Shown here in pieces: positions 13,014 to 26,632 of a stretch of DNA of 64,000 bases. Source of the stretch: Octopus sinensis (lineage: Eukaryota); NCBI RefSeq assembly GCF_006345805.1, contig NC_043004.1:91760001-91824000 (forward strand). Direction: 5' to 3'. The notes below the pieces were generated by a model. That model did not search any database. It saw only the letters and a list, made by a program, of their open reading frames with translations, and had not been told where the DNA came from. Made by a program: the position numbers and the translations under genes. Positions within the stretch are counted from its first letter, which is position 1. Every line of letters starts with the position of its first letter.

Positions 13014-14612
13014 TTAAACTTGTCTGGCAGCCCCTAGAGATTGTGTCAATAAAAACACTAATGGTTTTGACACCTCACCAACAGTCCACTTCATGGGTGT
13101 AATTATCACAACTGCGTTCATAAGATCCGAACCCATGTGAACGTCTCTGGCACGGCAAGTGTTCCACTGTGCAGCAACGTGGGCCTGCTCTTTATCCCAA
13201 TGCTGCCACAAAGATTTGGAGAAGATGGACTCAAAATGACAACAGAAGTGTAATAGAATGTTATTACAGAAGCGAACCACCAGCACAGAATACAAGAAAA
13301 GAAGCCATAAAATTTGGACAGAAAGTCATGTTCCCTGTCACGGGGAAATAATTCTAGGCCCCAAAATCTATTCGTTGAAAGGCAGTGGCTATCCCAGTTG
13401 GAACTAGAGAAAGTCTCCACAAGAGTAAAAGAGCGTGAACATGACTACGCTGAACACAAAGGTCAAGAAGCAGAACAAGAACAGGAATTGGTAGAGGGAC
13501 CAATAAGTACCCACAAAAGAAACAGCTTCCTGAACGAAAGTAAATTTTACTTTGTGAGAGAGAAAGACTGTGAAAGAGGAAGACAGGAGCTTACTACAAC
13601 ACCTGAATGAAGCAAAAATGGCAAAAGAAAGAGGCTACCAGATCTAAGCGGGATCGAAATAAGGAAACTATAAAAGGTAGTGAAAGAAATGGATGAACTG
13701 CTAATGAAAATCTACATCGAAATCAACATGTACTGCGCAGCTTCTACTGCTGTCCAAACCTTTGAGATTAAAAGTCAAAGGGAGGAAACAAAGGACAAAG
13801 CGCCATGGCTGGAACGAAGATATAAGAGCCAACTGAACAGCTCAAGAGAAATCTTAGACGGACACATGCAACCAAAGAAAGGAAGGTAAGGAAAAGGTAC
13901 TGAGACGAACTGCAAAGAAAGTATAACATAAAACACAGGTAGTTAACGAAGAACTAAGACAAAAAAACCCCAAAAGATGTCGGGTAAAAAAAAGGAAAAC
14001 AGACACCAAGTTAGAACAACTCAGTACTAGCAAAATATATTAATGAAGAACAACGAAAGAAAATTCTATAAACAACAGAACAATGAAGGGGAGTATCAGG
14101 GAAATGATATGCCATATGCTGAAGCAACAAGAAAATTCTGCGCAGAAATCTGGAGCAAAGAAGTCAAAAATGATATATATGTTGACTAGTTGCGGAAATT
14201 TAAAACAGAAATGAAAGATAGAGCAACACAAGAAAATACAACAATCATACATAAGAACGTAAGAGATATGATCAAGAAGATACCAAACCAGAAATCTTCC
14301 GGACCAGATGATGTTCAGGGTTTCTAGTTCAAAATCTCCCAAGTATACACGGTAATATACAACCATGTTTTACTGACTGCATAGAAGATGGAATCCAAAC
14401 ATGGATAACTAAAGGAAGGACAGTGATGATACAGAAGGATAACGAAAAGAGAGGGGAAGTCAGCAATTTTAACCCTATTATTTGTTTACCATTACTCCGA
14501 AAATTTTTATCAGATGAATTACATAAACTTTTGCAAAAGGAGAATCCATAGCCAGAGGATCAAAAAGGATGTCGAAGGAAATCAAAGGAAACTGTTGAAC
14601 TTATATATATAT

Positions 14613-14663
<51 letters not shown>

Positions 14664-16560
14664 ATAGTGGAATACTAAATGAAGTATGAGTAAGAAGAAA
14701 TAATTCAGCTGTTAGGATAGATTATGTCACTGCTGTCTCTTGGAGTGTCTAAGGACGCTCGGAGTCAATGAGAAAGCAAACAACTTCTTGGAAAAAGCAA
14801 TGAGAGAGTGTGGGAAGTAGAACCAGCATGTGCAAATGAATCGTTAGGAAACGTGAAAATGCGTCAGGACATTTTCCAGGGAGACTCGCTCTTTCCGTTA
14901 CTCTTCGGCGTTTTGTTAATCCTTTTGACAAGTATACTGGGAAAATCCAGGCCTGTATGTGAGTTTAGAAAAATCCAAGATGAAAATAAATCACCTACTT
15001 TATATGGATGATCTCAAGCTATATTCAAAAGGCAGCGATCTGGCAGAAACGGTAGCACGCCGGGCGAAATGTGTTGCCGTATTTCGTCTGCCGTTACGTT
15101 CCGAGTTCAAATTCCGCCGAGGTCGACTTTGCCTTTCATCCTTTCGGGGTCGATAAATTAAGTACCAGTTATGCACTGGGGTCGATGTAATCGACTTAAT
15201 CCGTTTGTCTGTCCTTGTTTGTCTCCTCTGTGTTTAGCCCCTTGTGGGTAGTGAAGAAATATATATTCAAAACATGGGACAAACCTGGAGTCTTTGATCC
15301 AAACTGGAATGCAGTTTTGAGTAAATAAATGTGCAATACTAATTATGAAGGGAGGCCGGAAGGTAAATTGAAATGGCATAAAATTACCACAAGACATTCG
15401 ATTGCTGTGGAATAATGAGAGATACAAACACCTAGGTGTACTGTAAGACGATAGGACAATGGAAGGAGAACTGAGAAAGTCACTAAAGAGTTCAAGAGGA
15501 GAGTTAGGAAGTGCTCAAAGCAAAATTAAATGGAGGGAATATCATTAATATGTCCGTTTTAAAATACTTAGCTCCCTTTCTAAAATGGGTAACGGTCCAG
15601 CTACAGAAGCTGGATAGAACTAGAAAATAGCTCACAATGCACAACAAACACCATCTTAAATGTAACAACGATTGTACCTACCAAGAAATGAAGGCGGTAG
15701 AAGATTACTAAACAAAAGACACTGTTAATACTGCGATACTGGGTCTGAAAATTATGTCGTGCAGAGTAAAGAAAGAATACTATCGGCAGCTAAAAAGTGA
15801 CTGAAACAGTAGAATTCAAAGAGAAAAGAATAAGCAAGTGGGAAAAAAATGAAATTACATGACTAACTCATGTAATAAATGCCGGATGTAAAGAACGCTG
15901 GCTCTGGCTCACAGAAGGGAACTTGAAACGAGAGACAGAAACGCTTATTTTAGCCGCTCAGGAACAAAATATTAGAACATATCTGATAAAGGCAAAGATC
16001 GACAAAACTCAGTCAGACAGCAATTGTAGAATCTGCAGGAAAGGAGACCTTTTGTGTGAGTGCTGTATACTAGCACAAAACGAGTATAAACGCAGGCATG
16101 ACTTTGCAAGCAAAAGATGTCTGTCGATTGTGTGACTTCAAAATAAAAGAAAAGTGTTACGAACACAAAATAGAAGTTGTGATAGAAAATTAAAATTGCA
16201 GGATCTTGAGGGACTTCCCCAGAAAGACTACCCATATTATTGAAGCAAGAAGATCGGATATAATTATAGAAGAAAAAAATAAGCAAATAGTGTAGGATCA
16301 TAAATTTTGCAATTTCCTAAAATTGCAGTGTCGATACCTAAGATATTGAAAAGATTGAAAAATATCAGAATCTAGCCAGATAGCCGAGGAGATTGTAGAA
16401 GACGATGCACTTGGCACGACACCTAAAATGCTACCTAAAAGATTGAAAGAGATTAGAATTGAAACTCGCATTGTCGATATGTCGAAAAGTACCATCCTTT
16501 ACTCTGCAAGTATTCTTAGAAAGTTTCTTGAGATTTGAGGAGACTTGTATTCAAACCTCA
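13014..16560 (+). mobile_element. degraded near-full-length R4/Dong-like non-LTR retrotransposon (RT + restriction-like endonuclease)
   Basis: N-terminal WTQNDNRSVIECYYRSEP; RT INHLLYMDDLKLYSK (14980-15030); zinc-knuckle region CRICRK...HD; C-terminal LGTTPKMLPKRLKEIRIET...ILRKFLEI. Many stops. Confidence 0.8.
15031..15261 (+). mobile_element. SINE family A inserted in the R4/Dong RT domain, 11-bp TSD TATATTCAAAA
   Basis: TSD at 15020-15030 and 15262-15272. Confidence 0.9.
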
Positions 16561-17584
16561 AAATAAATTAGCATGTAACAATTAAAAACAACATTAGTAA
16601 TTATCATTATTGTAATCATTTCTGCTACAAGCACAAGGCCTCACGTTGACCTTAGATCTTGATTAGTACTTCTTTTATTGACTTTGAAACGATAAAAGGC
16701 AAAGTCTACCGCCGGAGAATTTGAGCTTGGAACGTAAAAGTCGAAAGGAATGCTACTGAGCACCTTGTCCGGCGCGTCAACGATTCTGTCAATAATGATA
16801 GATATATAGAAATATAATAATAATAACCCATGTTATAACGTGAACTATATCCTTCCGACTGTCAAAATATAGATAAGCCAAAAAATTATATTTGATTTAA
16901 CTAAAGAGTTTATGGTTTTTTGCAGATGTCAGCAACAGTTATCACTTACTCCCTCTTTCTCTCTCTTTCTCCCTCTCTCCTTCTCTCTCTTTCTCTCTCT
17001 CTCACTTATTCTGCTTGTCTGTTTGTTTACCTGTCTGCCTGTTTGTCTGTCTCTGTATACACAAAACAGAATCGCACGCAGTCATGCTCACGCGCACACA
17101 TCTGTATATATTTATGTGTACATACACACATACACATACATATGGATGGATGTACTATGTATGTATACGTATGCGTATGTGTGTATGTACGAGGATGTTT
17201 ATGTGTGTGTGTGTGTGTGTGCATGTGTCTTGTGCGTATGTGTGTGCTTGTGTGCTTATGTGTGTGTGTGTGTGTGTGTTGTTGTTGCTTTAATTGACGC
17301 ACACCACTCAGCACCAAGAGTGCTTCGTACTTTTGCTGCAAGTATGCCATGACAGATAAGACCGAAGACTGGAAGGGTATCGCCTCAATTGCATATCAAT
17401 TACAAATGGGACGATGAACAGTCTTTAACTGCCCATTACGTTTCTGTATTTCTAGCTCAACAAACTAGATCTGTGTAATTCCTTATTTCTCAGCTTCTAT
17501 CAATATTATTGTCATTTGACATTGCTATGTTGATAACTAATAGATTAGTGTTATTGTTGTTACGAAGAACATAGTATATGGTGA

Positions 17585-17955
17585 GTGGAGGCGCAATGGC
17601 CCAGTGGTTAGGGCAGCGGACTCGCGGTTTCGAATCCCAGACCGGGCATTGTGAGTGTTTATTGAGCGAAAACACCTAAAGCTTCACAAGGCTCCTGCAA
17701 GGGGTGGTGGTGATCCCTGCTGTACTCTTTCACCACAACTTTCTCTCACTCTTACTTCCTGTTTCTGTTGTACCTGTATTTCAAAGGGCCGGCCTTGTCA
17801 CACTCTGTGTCACGCTGAATCTCTCCGAGAACTACGTTAAGGGTACAAGTGTCTGTGGAATGCTCAGCCACTTGCACGTTAATTTCACGAGCAGGCTGTT
17901 CCGTTGATCGTATCAGCTGGGACCCTCATCGTCGTAACCGACGGAGTGCTCCTGA
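17585..17955 (+). mobile_element. SINE family C (GTGGAGGCGCAATGGCCCAGTGGTTAGG head), TSD ATATGGTGA
   Basis: tRNA-like A/B boxes; TSD at 17576-17584 and 17956-17964; homologous to 58465-58850. Confidence 0.88.
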
Positions 17956-18329
17956 ATATGGTGAACTGTCTGTCTATGCTAAAATTCCATAACATTATCA
18001 CATTGTTAGTTTTTTTTATGATAGCCGAAAACTCATACGAGTAAGGAAGAGCTTTTCTTCGAAGACCTTTAAAATAGTGGGGCTCGGCGTATACTTTGCT
18101 ACGTCATTGAATCTCCAGCTACATTTTGCCAGATTTAGTGTGACACATTCTAATATATCGTAGTGTAAAAGCTTAAAACATGCCCCACACATATGACATT
18201 CGTCATTTTTACTGTAGGAGTTGCGAATATTCCTTTCACTATATCTCATGGTGATTGTTTGTTCTTGGATCGTCAATATTGTATTTTTGCTTTTTTTTTA
18301 TTTTTTATTTTTCTCTTATTTCATTCAGG

Positions 18330-19300
18330 TTGGATTTTGGCCAATCCCTCATCAACTTTTTCAAGTTTCTCTTGAAAAGGAAAGTGAGGGTAGAGAGAGA
18401 AGTGCTGGCTCCCAGCAAGTTTGTTAAAAGAATCTTGCATGTAAAAATAGGATATCAAGTTTGTGTAAACAATTTACTATGTAAAGTTATAAATTTATGG
18501 TGATTCCCTGTGGTGAATCGATGTGCCCTCAGCATTTCAGTTTTTACTGCTGTTTTATAACCACACTTTAGTTGTCCGAATAATTTGAATACTTTATAAC
18601 TCTTGATATAATCCGATTTGCTATATTTTATCTTGTCAACCGGGACTGCTCGAGATGCGCGTAGAGCAACGAAATTGTTCTGCACGTTCTCGTCCAGTGC
18701 CTGAGCATTGCTGACTTGTGAACTTATGTCAAACACCCTTTGTTACATGTAGGATGGATCAGCCTATCGGCTGAGTCCATCGCGGAGATCGCCCAGCCAC
18801 CTTCCTTTGGCCGAGAAGGGTAGGCAGTGTTTCTTTGTCTGGTGACATTAGCGAAAGACATTGTATGGTGGACAACGATTTGATTGGTTGAAACGGATGA
18901 AGACAAACACTTTCCTCTTTGGCCAACCCCTCATCAACTTTTTCAAGTTCCTCTTGAAAAGGAAAGTGAGGGTAGAGAGAGAAGTGCTGGCTCCCAGCAA
19001 CTTTGTTAAAAGATGGGTAAATGCTGCAAGACTAGCTGGAATGGACCAACCTACTCTGAGTATGGGGCTGTAGATTGAAGGAAGGCGATGTGGAGAGGAC
19101 ACTTACTCTAATGGTCAAGGTGACCGTGGTTTTGTGGGGTTTCCATGGGCAGCCCTAAAAAGTCACCTTTGAGGGAATTATTGATTGTTATAATTTTACT
19201 TTTTATAATTTTACTTTTTATACGCCTTTTATACAACCTGACATTGTATTGCTCACTACCGTTCCCATAATTTTTGAAAACCCATAGTGGTTAATAAAGA
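18330..19300 (+). mobile_element. L1/Tx1-like LINE 3' fragment with local duplication (18330-18430 repeats 18920-19010)
   Basis: FLFGQPLINFFKFLLKRKVRVEREVL, matching the end of the 44210-46280 element. Confidence 0.75.
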
Positions 19301-19348
19301 AAACAATTATTATTAATATCATCATCATCATTATCACTACCGTCATCG

Positions 19349-19402
<54 letters not shown>

Positions 19403-19407
<5 letters not shown>

Positions 19408-19940
19408 TAGTTTTATTTTTATAGCGTGCTTTCACTTCACTACCGAGCGCAGCTCTGTGTGCCTTGGGTATGTGCTGTGATTTGTTGTGATGCTCTGATG
19501 GTTATTGTATGGAAAGTGTTCTGTGTAGGATGTGTGCAGTGCCTAGTAGTGCAATTTTCTGTATGTTATATGTGTTTGTAAGTCCTGGTGTTTTTGTTAT
19601 GTATTTGTCTGAATATTTTTTTATCATGCCTAATGCACCAACTATGATAGGAATTGTTTCTGTTTTCAGATTCCGCATTCTAGTTACCTCTATTTCCAGG
19701 TCTTTGTATTTTGAGAGTTTCTCCATTTCTTTTAGAGACACGTTGTCATCTGCCGGTATTGATACATCAATTAGAAAGCATTTTTTTTCTTCATGATCTC
19801 TGACAACTATATCTGGTCTGTTGGCCTTAATTTCTCTATCTGTGTGTATCGGCATATCCCAGAGTATGGTTGCTTTCTCGTTTTCTGTGACCTTTTCTGG
19901 TGTGTGCCTATACCATCTTTTTTCTGTTGTTATTCCATAA

Positions 19941-19945
<5 letters not shown>
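19403..19945 (-). mobile_element. R4/Dong-like 3' end (restriction-like endonuclease) flanked by (TTA)n
   Basis: PIHTDREIKANRPDIVVRD...LIDVSIP...KLSKYKDLEIE...IPIIVGALG (PD-D/ExK type). Confidence 0.9.
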
Positions 19946-19986
<41 letters not shown>

Positions 19987-20110
19987 GAGTGAGAGAGCAT
20001 TGCATGCCATCAAAATGACACTGGGGTAAAATATACGAAGCCCAGTATACCCATCATGCATTGCATGCCATCAAAATGACACTGGGGTGCATTGCATGCC
20101 ATCAAAATGA

Positions 20111-20144
<34 letters not shown>

Positions 20145-20149
20145 TACTT

Positions 20150-21955
20150 TTGATCTGCACGTTTGTTACAATCACTTGCCGAGACACACTCAGCGTCCTG
20201 GGGGCAAGTGAAGGATAAGAGATGTTACAGTATGACTGAAAGCTTAGGGTAGGGGAATTGGAAGGGGCTGTAGCGAAATTTCTTCATGTAATACAACACA
20301 GACATTTAAATGGATAGAGGTTTCCGATGGTTGTGGACAGTACTTGTCAGTACAATCTTTTGGATTTTTCTGAGACATGATTCTCCAGGGATCTTATCTA
20401 GATGTTTGTGACATCCCTCCCGTTTTTAATTTGACAATGTGGCATGCCACTTATATTAAGAGAATTCAGAAATTTAGGAAGATAGAGTGGAGATTGTTGA
20501 TCTGCAACCGAATCAATACTCCTCAGAGTATATATCTTACCTAGAAATTCCTGGATTATGTGGTTATTTAGATTGTCAACTTCTTAATTCTTTGTTGTTA
20601 ATATTGCTCGTGATGAAAAGCGGCGAGCTGGCAGAAACGTTAGCACACTTGGCGAAATGCTTAGCGGTATTTCGTCTGCCTTTATGTTCTGAGTTCAAAT
20701 TCCTCCGAGGTCACTTTGCCTTTCATCCTTTTGGGGTCGATAAATTAAATACCAGTTGCGTACTGGGGTGATCTAGTTGACTGGACCCCTCCCCAAAAAT
20801 TTCGGGCCTTGTGCCTAGAGTAAAAAAGAATATTGCTCGTGATGATAGCCATTGGGCATTGTTAAAATTAACCGCTAAATCTTCATATACATGGTTGATA
20901 AACTCCTCCTTGCTGTTGACTTAAAATTGCTGAGGAATCTCTATTACATCATCATACAATTGCCTTTGAACATTGGGGATTCTTCCATCACCAATTTACA
21001 ATAACCAAACAGAATGATATGCCAGTCGAGCTTGAGAGATGACATCATTATTGAGAGGTGGTATCATAATATACACTCTCATACTTGTGGTAAGATGAAG
21101 TACTTCGCATTCGTGCTAAATTACGGATTTTTTCAAACATGCTCCATCGTGTGCGACATTAGATTGATAGTTCCGAGTGAGGAAACTCTGATCTTGTGTT
21201 GCAAGGATAAATTCTTCTGTTTTGGCTTTAAACCAACACTGCAGTCACTGATGGGTTTTTTAAAAATCTACATCAGCTTCCCCAGCTCGTCTTGGTTATC
21301 GCCCATGCAATGGTTTTTCTTTCCACAGTTTTGATATTTCCGCAGTTTGGCTATTATTATTACACTTTTCGCTGCCTTAACGGGTAGTGTGTCCTTATCA
21401 TTATAATCAGGGAGATTAAGCCCTCGTCTGATTTATATTCCTCCTTTGACATCGAACGCAGTTTCTTACTCTGTTCCTGTTTCTTTACTAGCCCTATCGT
21501 CCAGTCGATGTTATTTTAGATGTACACTTGGAGTCCTATCATGGTCATTTTATTGGATGTTTCAAGTTGGATTAAGCCTCTACTGCCTTCTTTTCGTGGG
21601 AGATAGAGCCTGTGGACGCTTGATTTTGGGTGGTGCATCCCGTTTAGTGTCAGTAGCTTCCCGGTTTTTATGTCAATACGCTGGGGATTACTCAGATTCC
21701 AATTGATGACATTAAGGCTATACTGGAGAACTGGTACCACCAGAAAGTTTATGGCTGTAATTCTATTCTGAGAGTTCAACTCAGTATTCAGGACCATTCT
21801 GACACGTCTATAATGCTCTTTCCAGATCTTCTCTTTCATTGATCTGTGTTGAATGTCTTTCCTTTCGTGTATCCCAAGGTACTTATAAAAGCTCTCTTGG
21901 TCCAGGTCCTTGATAGATGTATAATGATCAAGTTGAGTCGTAGTATTAGCAGTGA
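20150..21955 (-). mobile_element. R4/Dong-like fragment (RT thumb to C-terminus), with a SINE A copy at 20617-20830
   Basis: EHYRRVRMVLNTELNSQNRITAIN...RLYLPRKEGSRGLIQLE; C-terminal HLDKIPGESCLRKIQKIVLTST; (TAT)n on both sides. Confidence 0.75.
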
Positions 21956-21995
21956 GTTTACCACGTTTGAATTATTATTATTATTATTATTATAT

Positions 21996-22043
<48 letters not shown>

Positions 22044-23019
22044 CTGTAGTAGTAGTTGTAGTAGTAGTAGTAGTTGTAGTAGTAGTAGTAGTTGTAGTAG
22101 TAGTAGTAGTATTGATGATGAGAATAATAATAATGATAATTTGTTTTATTGGTTAGAGGGGTTCAAGATATTGCGAATTGTAGAAATACTAAATACAAAA
22201 GCAATAATTTTAAATCAAGTAAAAAACAGGAAATCAGCTATAACATAACCAATAATAAAAAAATAATAATAAATAATAAATTCAATAAAGAATACATAAA
22301 ACCCTTCTGAGACACCAAGGGCCAAGTGCCATCTCTCACTTCTTGCCGCCAGCCTAAAATTGCAAAAAGGAAAATAATACTGCCTATTAGTTTCTATTCA
22401 AGTGTTATTTAAAGAAGTTGATGAGAGCTTGACACGAATAGAAAAGCGTTATCTTTAAACCTGAGAAGGAGCCGTAGTGGACAGCATTTGGCAGTCACTT
22501 ATTTTATGGACAACGAAAAGAGTTTCAGCTGATTCATATTGATACTGATCCTACACTCCGCTAAGATTTGAACATGAAACGAATCGTGTATAACAAGTTG
22601 CTAGAGCATTACTGTTAGTGGTTTCTAAGTTAAACAGCCTAGACAGTCTGTCACTGAATGAATCCCATGTTATCTGATTCTTTATCTGATTCGTTATGAC
22701 GTTTCGTATCCGACTACGCCTAATGCAAACAACAATGAGATCGAAGATAAATAAAAGAATAATGGGTGGATATGCCATAATTTCTGTAGAAAATATGTGG
22801 AGATAACTTTAACAAGTGATTTAATAGTGCTGCTAACACATTAGGGATCGTTACCTTTTGACCGACAGATTTAAAAAATAATTTTTTGTAACTAAACACT
22901 TTCAAACTTCGGACACTGGTAGAATGTGTCATATAAAACATGTTTTACTCTTAGCATTTTTGAGAAAAACTTATATTTACGAAGTAATTTCACTTTAAAG
23001 TTCTCGTATTTCGGTAATT

Positions 23020-23220
23020 TCAACCAATCAGTGACGTGTATTCAGCTGAATAAAATTACTGCTGTTGTTTGTCAACAAGAACTTCCGGCGGTGTATATTT
23101 CGTTTGTCACTGTTATTTATGACAATCTCAAATCAACTATGCCAGAGCGTCTTCCACTCGCTCCAGTTTACATTTTTTTTTATTTCTCTAGTATCTTTTT
23201 TTATTTCTTCCGGCGTGTTT
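23020..23220. promoter_or_regulatory. candidate promoter region (CCAAT, TGACGT, two CTTCCGG ETS-like motifs)
   Basis: CCAAT 23024-23028, TGACGT 23032-23037, ACTTCCGG 23081-23088, CTTCCGG 23207-23213, in non-repetitive sequence 2.3 kb upstream of an ATG exon that has a splice acceptor. Confidence 0.3.
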
Positions 23221-23902
23221 AGAAATACTATTCTGCCATTGTTTGTTTGGAGCACTTTGGCGCCACTAAACGTTTTTATGACAAGTGAACTTTGTCTATT
23301 CGATGATACGCTTGTGATAAGTCGTTGCCATAGGGTTTAGAAATAAAAACGGCCGCTGTTTTCGTTGTATTAATGATTGTGTTGGTTGTGCCCGTGGTAG
23401 TAGTGGTGTTTTTGGTTTAGGGAGCGGTCATTTTAAATCTTAAAATGCTTATAACTGCTGCAGTTGCTTCTGTTGGTGTTGCTGTCGACATCGTCGTTGT
23501 TCTCTGTAAGTTTTCTCTTGACTATATCAGTTAGTGGAGGGAAAATAATGTCACAATGGCTGTGCCAACAGCCATCACTTCCCTTATTTTTGGAAGCCAT
23601 ATTGTTATTTTTTGTTTTGTTTTGAAATATTAAATTTTAAAATCTAAATCTCGAAATTTGCCCTTAAAGGACGAATTTTTCGCCAAACCAGCTCCCTATC
23701 AGCAAAGCGAGTTGGCTTATTTAGTAAACAGTCTAAGAAAAATTCAAATACCAAATAATAAAACAAATTTTATAGAAAACGTACAAGCCACGAACAAGCG
23801 TCCCCTCTTTGCAAACACTAACAACACTAATAACATCAACAACAACAACAATACATAATAATAATAATAATAATAATAATAATTATAATAATTATAATAA
23901 TA

Positions 23903-24915
23903 ATTGATGTATCAATACCAGCAGATGACAACGTTTCTCTAAAAGAAATGGAGAAACTTTCAAAATACAATGTGGAATCTAAAAACAGAAACAATTCCTT
24001 CCATAGTATGCGCATTAAGTATGAGGAAAAAATATTCAGACAAATATATAACAAAAACACCAGGACTTACAAATATATACAACATACAGAAAATTGCACT
24101 ATTGGGTACTGCACACATCCTACACAAAACACTTTCAATGCAGTAACCATAAGAGCATCACAACAAATCACAGCACATACTCAAGGCACACAGAGCTGCG
24201 CTCGGTAGTGAAGTGAAAGCACGATATAAAAATAAAACTACCGAATAATAATAACAACAATAATAATATTCTCTCCACTCCTTTTCTGCTTGGCACTGAC
24301 ACCTTTATCTGACATGCTAAACAGAACTGGATGTGGATACAACTGTTACGGCAAAACAATCAACCATCTCTTGTATATGGATGATTTAAAACTGTATGCT
24401 GCAAATGATAAACAACTGGAAACATTACTACAGGCATTACTACATGGATTTATCAAAGAAATAAACATGAAATTTGGCTTAGAAAAATGTGCCAAAGCAA
24501 CCTTGAAAAGAGGAAAACTAGTTAAGAGTAATATCACACTAGATAAAGCAAACGAAATAAGAGAATTAGACCAAAGCCAGACATACAAATACTTAGGAAT
24601 CAATGAACTAGATACGATACAACACGCGCAGATGAAAGATAAGATAAGAAAGGAATACTATAGATGAGTTAGATTAATACTGAAAACAGAGCTTAATGTG
24701 AAAACAAGATAATAGATATCAACACTCTAGCCATCCCAGTTATAAGTTACAACTACAATGTCCTTAACTGGACCTTAAATGAACTAATCAAAACAGACAT
24801 GAAAACAGGAAAAATAATGTCAGGATTTAGCATGCACTACCCAGAATCTGTCATGGAAAGGTTATATATATACAATGTATCGAAGGTGGTAGAGGCATTA
24901 TACAGCTAGAAAACT
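23903..24915 (+). mobile_element. two abutting R4/Dong-like fragments: 3' end (23903-24246) and RT core (24266-24915)
   Basis: 23903-24246 matches 19403-19760; then INHLLYMDDLKLYAAN...FGLEKCA...YKYLGI. Boundaries lie in (AAT)n. Confidence 0.85.
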
Positions 24916-25125
24916 GTACACACACACACACAAACACGCGCGCAGGTGCACACACACGGAGTCGCTAAATTTGGTGAAAATCCGTTCAGACGTTTTCCAG
25001 TAATTTTGCGGACACACAGACAAACAGACGAAGATTAGTGATTACAATGCCCTGCTTTCGTTTACGCGTGCAGGATAACAATAATAATAATAATAATAAT
25101 AATAGTAATAAAAATAAGAAGAAAA

Positions 25126-25156
<31 letters not shown>

Positions 25157-25159
25157 CCT

Positions 25160-25345
25160 TTCTACTGGAAGTACAACGCCTCAAATTTTGGGAAAGTGAT
25201 TAAGTCGATTGCATCGACCCCAGTGCATAACTGGTACTTATTTAATCGAACCCGAAAGGATGAAAGGCAAAGATGACCTCGGCGGAATTTTGAACTCAGA
25301 ACGTAGCGGCAGACGAAATACTTCTAAGTATTTCGCCCGGCGCGT
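25160..25345 (-). mobile_element. SINE family A copy
   Basis: Consensus match. Confidence 0.8.
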
Positions 25346-25502
25346 GATAAGGAGGAGGAGGAGGAGGAGGAGGAGGAAGAGGAGGATAGGGAAATATAAT
25401 GTTCTCCCTAGGTAGATAGATCGTTATTCCTGGAACCGATTCAGTAGTGTCATTAAACGTCATTTAATTTTATCTTTCTTCTCTTACAGAGCTGAGCATT
25501 CC

Positions 25503-25569
25503 ATGATGGTATTAAAATTGAATCAACTTAACTTCATTTTGGTTGTCGTCTTCTCACCCCATATTATAG
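25503..25569 (+). CDS. EGF/F-type lectin membrane protein, coding exon 1 (signal peptide MMVLKLNQLNFILVVVFSPHII-A)
   Basis: Acceptor tttcttctcttacag ends 25489; ATG at 25503; 22 codons + G, then donor GTAAGA at 25570. The hydrophobic N-terminus joins in frame (G+CT=Ala) to exon 38302. Confidence 0.8.
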
Positions 25570-25839
25570 GTAAGACAAATTATACTGAAACCAGTTAATG
25601 TAATTTAACATTAATATATATTAATTTAGTTAATATAAATTCATGTAGAAAACATAATTAATATGTACTAACAAAATAAACAAAATTAACATTAATATAG
25701 TAAAGATTGCACTTCGACCAGACGGTGCCGGATTCAATCCAACTATATGGCACCTTAGACAAGTGTCTTCTACTATCGGACAAGTCTCTTATACTATGAG
25801 ATCCAGTTGTGTTTCCTCAGGTGATATTCAAGTATTCTC

Positions 25840-26050
25840 TCTTTTACTCTTTTACTTGTTTCAGTCATTTGACTGCGGCCATGCTGGAGCACCGCCTTTA
25901 GTCGAGCAAATCGACCCCGGGACTTATTCTTTGTAAGCCCAGTACTTATTCTATCGGTCTCTTTTGCCGAACCGCTAAGTGACAGGGACGTAAACACACC
26001 AGCATCGGTTGTCAAGCAATGCTAGGGGTACAAACACAGACACACAAAAC
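25840..26050 (-). mobile_element. SINE family B 3' half
   Basis: Consensus match. Confidence 0.8.
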
Positions 26051-26085
26051 ACACACACACACACCACACACACACACATATATAT

Positions 26086-26477
26086 ACTAGCAGTATCGCC
26101 CGGCGTTGCTCGGTTTGTAAGGGAAATAATTATAAGCATTTTTAGAGATGTAAAGTATAATAGCCATCTCAATATGGCTAACCACAAAGGGGGCGGGGTG
26201 TTACTGTAGCTTTTTACGTTCTGAGATTTAATAATAAATTTTAGAGAGTTACTTCCCTTATATATGTCAAAAATGGATTAAAAATGGGAAAAATTGATGT
26301 AAATTTTTTTTTAAATCGTAGACTCATCGTAGACGCGCGCTAATACCCAGACGGGCTCGATATGAATCACGACTATAAGATACCCGGTTTTGGTTAAACT
26401 GCACCGCAAAATGTGGGACTAGTTAGGAATCTAAATCGTAGGAGACAGACACACAACCTCACTTTATATATAAAGAT
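26086..26477 (+). mobile_element. Helentron/HINE (DINE-1-like) non-autonomous element, copy 1
   Basis: Starts ACTAGCAGTATCGCCCGGCGTTGCTCGG and ends TTTATATATAAAGAT; ~335 bp nearly identical to copy 2. Confidence 0.6.
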
Positions 26478-26632
26478 TTCCTCTATTACATATATTGAGG
26501 TCTCTTTCTTTCTTTTGTTATCTTACTGTTTTTACCAATATACATATATATATATAAATATATATATAGTTACAGAGATGTACTTGCATAGCAAGTGACT
26601 TGATCTGAGATCGTGTGCTGGAACGAAAACAG

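Noticed and set aside
17585-17650. tRNA gene in SINE heads (families A, B, C)
   Set aside because: A/B boxes are present, but there is no complete cloverleaf; each runs into a SINE body, with TSDs in some copies.
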